A stretch of 63,946 nt of DNA, filler included, from Dugesia japonica (taxonomy: Eukaryota), in the NCBI GenBank assembly GCA_001938525.1. It is 6 parts of 6 records of this genome, joined end to end, with 100 filler letters (N's around TTAATTAATTAA, not from the genome) between each part and the next. Parts side by side here need not be neighbours in the genome. Positions count along the whole stretch, not along the records: positions 49,514 to 63,946 come from MQRL01619468.1; 5 more parts are not named here. The stretch is one strand, 5' to 3'. The notes below the pieces were generated by a model, which was not told where the DNA came from, searched no databases, and saw nothing but the letters and a program-made list of their open reading frames with translations. Below are positions 60,070 to 63,946 of the stretch, one piece after another. A program made the translations under genes and the position numbers. How positions within the stretch are numbered: the stretch's first letter is position 1; each line of letters starts with the position of its first letter.

Positions 60070-62504
60070 NNNNNNNNNNNNNNNNNNNNNNNNNNNNNNN
60101 NNNNNNNNNNNNNNNNNNNNNNNNNNNNNNNNNNNNNNNNNNNNNNNNNNNNNNNNNNNNNNNNNNNNNNNNNNNNNNNNNNNNNNNNNNNNNNNNNNNN
60201 NNNNNNNNNNNNNNNNNNNNNNNNNNNNNNNNNNNAAAAATTATCCATTGACCTATTTGGTATATTTTGTCTTATAAATAAAATATCACATTAAAAACTC
60301 TAGATGAACAAATGTGTTTGTAATTTAATTTAAATATGAAGAACTTAGTTAAAATATTGACAATTTCATTTATAAACTGACCAAATATGAATAAGCATTG
60401 TGAATACTGGATATTTGATTTAATCATTGGCCCTTTGAATTATTTGATTTATATGATTATTGATGAACTACAAAGACTAATGACCATTTGTCATATACCA
60501 ATAATCGTTAAAATAATAGAAAAAAAATATTTTATTGTAGAGATTTGACAAAGTGAAAACATTTTATAATCTAATAGAAATTTTTTTATATTTTCAATTT
60601 TGAATGTAATTTGAAAATATTTCAATGTATAATTATTATTGTAGAAAACACAGCGGTGATAAATTCTGTTTAAATTGACATAAATCACAGTTTAAAGTTT
60701 GAATATTGAAAAATGATTAGATTGTATTCAAAGTAAAATTTACACAAACTATTTTATATCTAAAAATCTTTATAAATTTTAATATATTCACATTCAATTA
60801 ATTGTAATAATTTAATTTTGTAGGGGTTTATTGAATGAGGATATTCAATCAATAAAAGGTGAATAAACATTACAAACCCAAAGAAATAGGAAAATGTAGT
60901 AACATACTGAATCCTCTATACAAAGTTAATGACGATATATTATATGACTATCATCTGATCTATTTAATGGAGCAGATGATTCTTCATATTGTTGACACCA
61001 GACAGAGAAGTAGGTGATAACGTTANNNNNNNNNNNNNNNNNNNNNNNNNNNNNNNNNNNNNNNNNNNNNNNNNNNNNNNNNNNNNNNNNNNNNNNNNNN
61101 TGTGTGTGTGCGTATGTAGGAACTTTTTATACATTATTATCATACTGTGGTATGCATGATTTTATTATCTCAACAATTTAATTTGAAATAATTCAACATT
61201 GTTTTTTGAAAAAATGTTGTTATTAACTCGAAAAATAAGTTCAGTTTAAGTGGTAAATTTTACTCAATTAGAAATACTGTTATTACCTAATTTAAAAAAT
61301 GTATGAAAAGAAATTTAATTAATTTTCATATAACAAATTTCGTTTAAATATGTTGAAATAAATATTTTTTTAATAACCAATATTGTCAATATAATATTCG
61401 TGTGGCTGTTTAAAGTTCAATACAACTTTAGGCGGAATCAATATCACGGTTATAATGTAAAATGTGAATGTGGCACTAAATGCGGTACTATATTTGCTAT
61501 AAAATCAAATTATTAAAACAATCTCATTACAGACTTCAGAAATTTTTGGTAATTATTGAAATTATGCCGCAAATGCAAATAGAAAATAAACAAACAAATT
61601 AAAATTTAATTTACGTGAGTCAAAGAATGTTTCACAATTTAATAATAAAAGTTTTCTTATTGATTTGCGTATAAATTTATCACATGTAATAGGTCTAAAT
61701 ATACACAAGAAGTAATCTATCATGATGCATTTATAAATAGAAAATTAATTGAAAAATTTACAATTAAAAAACTTCATAGCTAAACAATTCCAGGAAAAAT
61801 CTATTGAGGAAATATTCAATATCTTAAGAAAAAATACTAACGGCGAACACATGCATGAGGAAAACAAAACATAACAACACAATTCATATATGCACCATTT
61901 TTCACAAACTTACTTACTAACCAATAATATTGACCTTTGTCCTCAGCCGCAATAAGTACATTTAAAGTCGATAGCTTAAATAAAATTCCAATATTTACAA
62001 TTCGCTAGAGCTAATTTACCAATATAAAATTTATTTTCTATTAATATTAAATGGAAATAAGCAACAAAATAAAGAAAAGCAAAAATTAATTAACAAGGTA
62101 AGTTATTCGAAATCATCAATTAAAATGAGGTTTTCTTAGCAGACATTTTAAGTCACCGTAAAATGATTAGCATAATATAGAATATATCAAAACAAAGTTA
62201 AATAATAATATAGACAGATTACAAAACGTAATTAAAGCTGTAACTAATGTCAGATTAAATGAACCGTAAGTAAATTAAAGCCAAACTTAGTGTTTGTTCT
62301 TAGTTTACATGTTCCGACTTAATCGATTTAAAATATTAAAAAAATAGTTACTATTAAATTTTATAATTGTTATGCGTAAGTTATTTGAAAATTTCTCGAA
62401 AATTTGCGCTATATTGTAATTAACGAAAAAGCATACAGTTATCATAAGCAATTGTTTGTTCATATAATGGAAATTTTCACGGAACTAAACCAATTCAAAT
62501 TCGA

Positions 62505-63651
62505 CAGTGTTCCCAACCTGTTATCTTCTACAGCACACAAACGTTTTCTCCAAATTTCGCGGCATCAAGAGTAAAAATATGTATTAAAATGTTTATGTTT
62601 TTATATGATATAAACAATAAAAGAACTATATGCATATATTTGCTTTTATTTAGTCTTTTATAGCTGTGTGAATGGAGATACCAGTAGAAGTAAAAACATN
62701 NNNNNNNNNNNNNNNNNCAGAAAAATATGTTCTCAATTAAACAAAATTAAAAATTTATTCTATTGCATTTACTTATTAATCAATAATACACATATATAAT
62801 ACAGAATTAAAACAAAATTAATTAATGAGATACTTAAATTTGTTTTGATGAACATATAAGTTTTATATTTGGCTCAATATTTGAAGAAGAAACCCTAAGT
62901 TCATGATCAAAACCTTTTAAACACGATTGCTTGTCATTTTCTTTTAATAGTGATAGCCATCGTGGAACACAGTGGGCAGAAATGCTAAAAAAGTGGCCAA
63001 AAATCATTTCTTGAATTATCATTTTGGAATGAATTTTTAGTATTTTTAATTTGTTTTAATTAAATGATTCTGTTTAAGAAAAATGATGATTTTTTTAGGG
63101 CTAAAAAATTCAAACAAAAATATTTTTTATCCTAATTCGCATGAAAAAAAAGTACAGTTAATTTTTATTAAAAACANNNNNNNNNNNNNNNNNNNNNNNN
63201 NNNNNNNNNNNNNNNNNNNNNNNNNNNNNNNNNNNNNNNNNNNNNNNNNNNNNNNNNNNNNNNNNNNNNNNNNNNNCATAAATTTGGTAAAGAATTTTAT
63301 ATTTTTTATTTTCAGGATATTTTCTTTAATAAATCCGTGAAAATTCTCGTAAATTCATTTTTATGATAACAAGGATATCTAAAAAATTTACGATTTCATT
63401 ACTTTGAAGGGTTTGTGCTTTTTCTGTGGTAAATAATTTTTATTCTTTTCTTTAAGTTGATGTTGTTTTTAATTATTTAAGCAAAAACAGAATTGTTGTC
63501 GATCAAAAAAAATATAAAACATATGTTATGTTTATCCATAGTTGATATAAAAAAACGAAAAATTCATTAAAAATTAAAATTCAAGTAATGATTTTTGAGC
63601 ACTTTTTTAGTATTTCTGCCAACTGTGAGGCATACCAGTTGTGAACCACTG
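62505..63651. mobile_element. hAT (Charlie-like) deleted element
   Basis: Ends CAGTGTTCCCAAC ... GTTGTGAACCACTG; internal minus-strand HCVPRWLSL resembles the hAT RW motif; TSD not evident. Confidence 0.55.
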
Positions 63652-63946
63652 TTTTAGTTAATGGTTTAATTCATATGAGAGCAAATGAAATTAAATTATT
63701 TAAACATAATTTTTCAATCAAAAGTTCTAATTTCTTTCTATTAGCCTTCAATTTATTTTTCGGTTCAAATAAATCTTGCCTCGTTTGAAGTAAAATTAAT
63801 TTCGGACAAAAATTTATAAATAACAAGTTAATAAATCATTGTAACTAATAATTAGCATTGCTTTAAATCTTAAAATATATACTTGAAACTATGAATTTAA
63901 TAAACATTTTCAAAAAGAAAAGTTTAATTATTACTATTTATTTATT

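Overview
This is very AT-rich, repeat-dense animal genomic DNA. The short GT-AG introns, (AAT)n microsatellites and TE spectrum suggest an invertebrate, possibly a planarian-type flatworm; that is inference only. It is six separate contigs joined by artificial 100-nt N44-TTAATTAATTAA-N44 spacers (10841, 21580, 30116, 39571, 49414), so adjacency across spacers means nothing. The centrepiece is contig 3 (21680-30115): the left ~8.3 kb of a near-intact Polinton/Maverick (adintovirus-like) endogenous virus inserted into a Tc1 transposase. It encodes a protein-primed PolB with an EndoVII/HNH insert, a putative core/membrane-lytic protein, a penton, an adenain protease and a putative fibre. Its unusual non-coding features are an 87-nt self-folding asymmetric hairpin at the apparent terminus and an array of four different GC-rich perfect palindromes, one repeated between divergent genes. 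Two of its ORFs are broken at identically phased A7 runs. Three other contigs hold decayed Polinton parts (TIR plus PolB tail; PolB tail; ATPase/integrase/penton). The rest comprises decayed Gypsy, RLE-type non-LTR, Merlin, mariner, piggyBac, pogo and hAT elements, Penelope-type minimal hammerhead ribozyme foldbacks often beside (AAT)n, and a Gypsy derivative carrying a captured FN3 membrane-protein gene. Three host exons are recognisable: OMA1, NT5C2 and a DDR-like kinase. All family calls come from motif recognition by eye; no searches were run.
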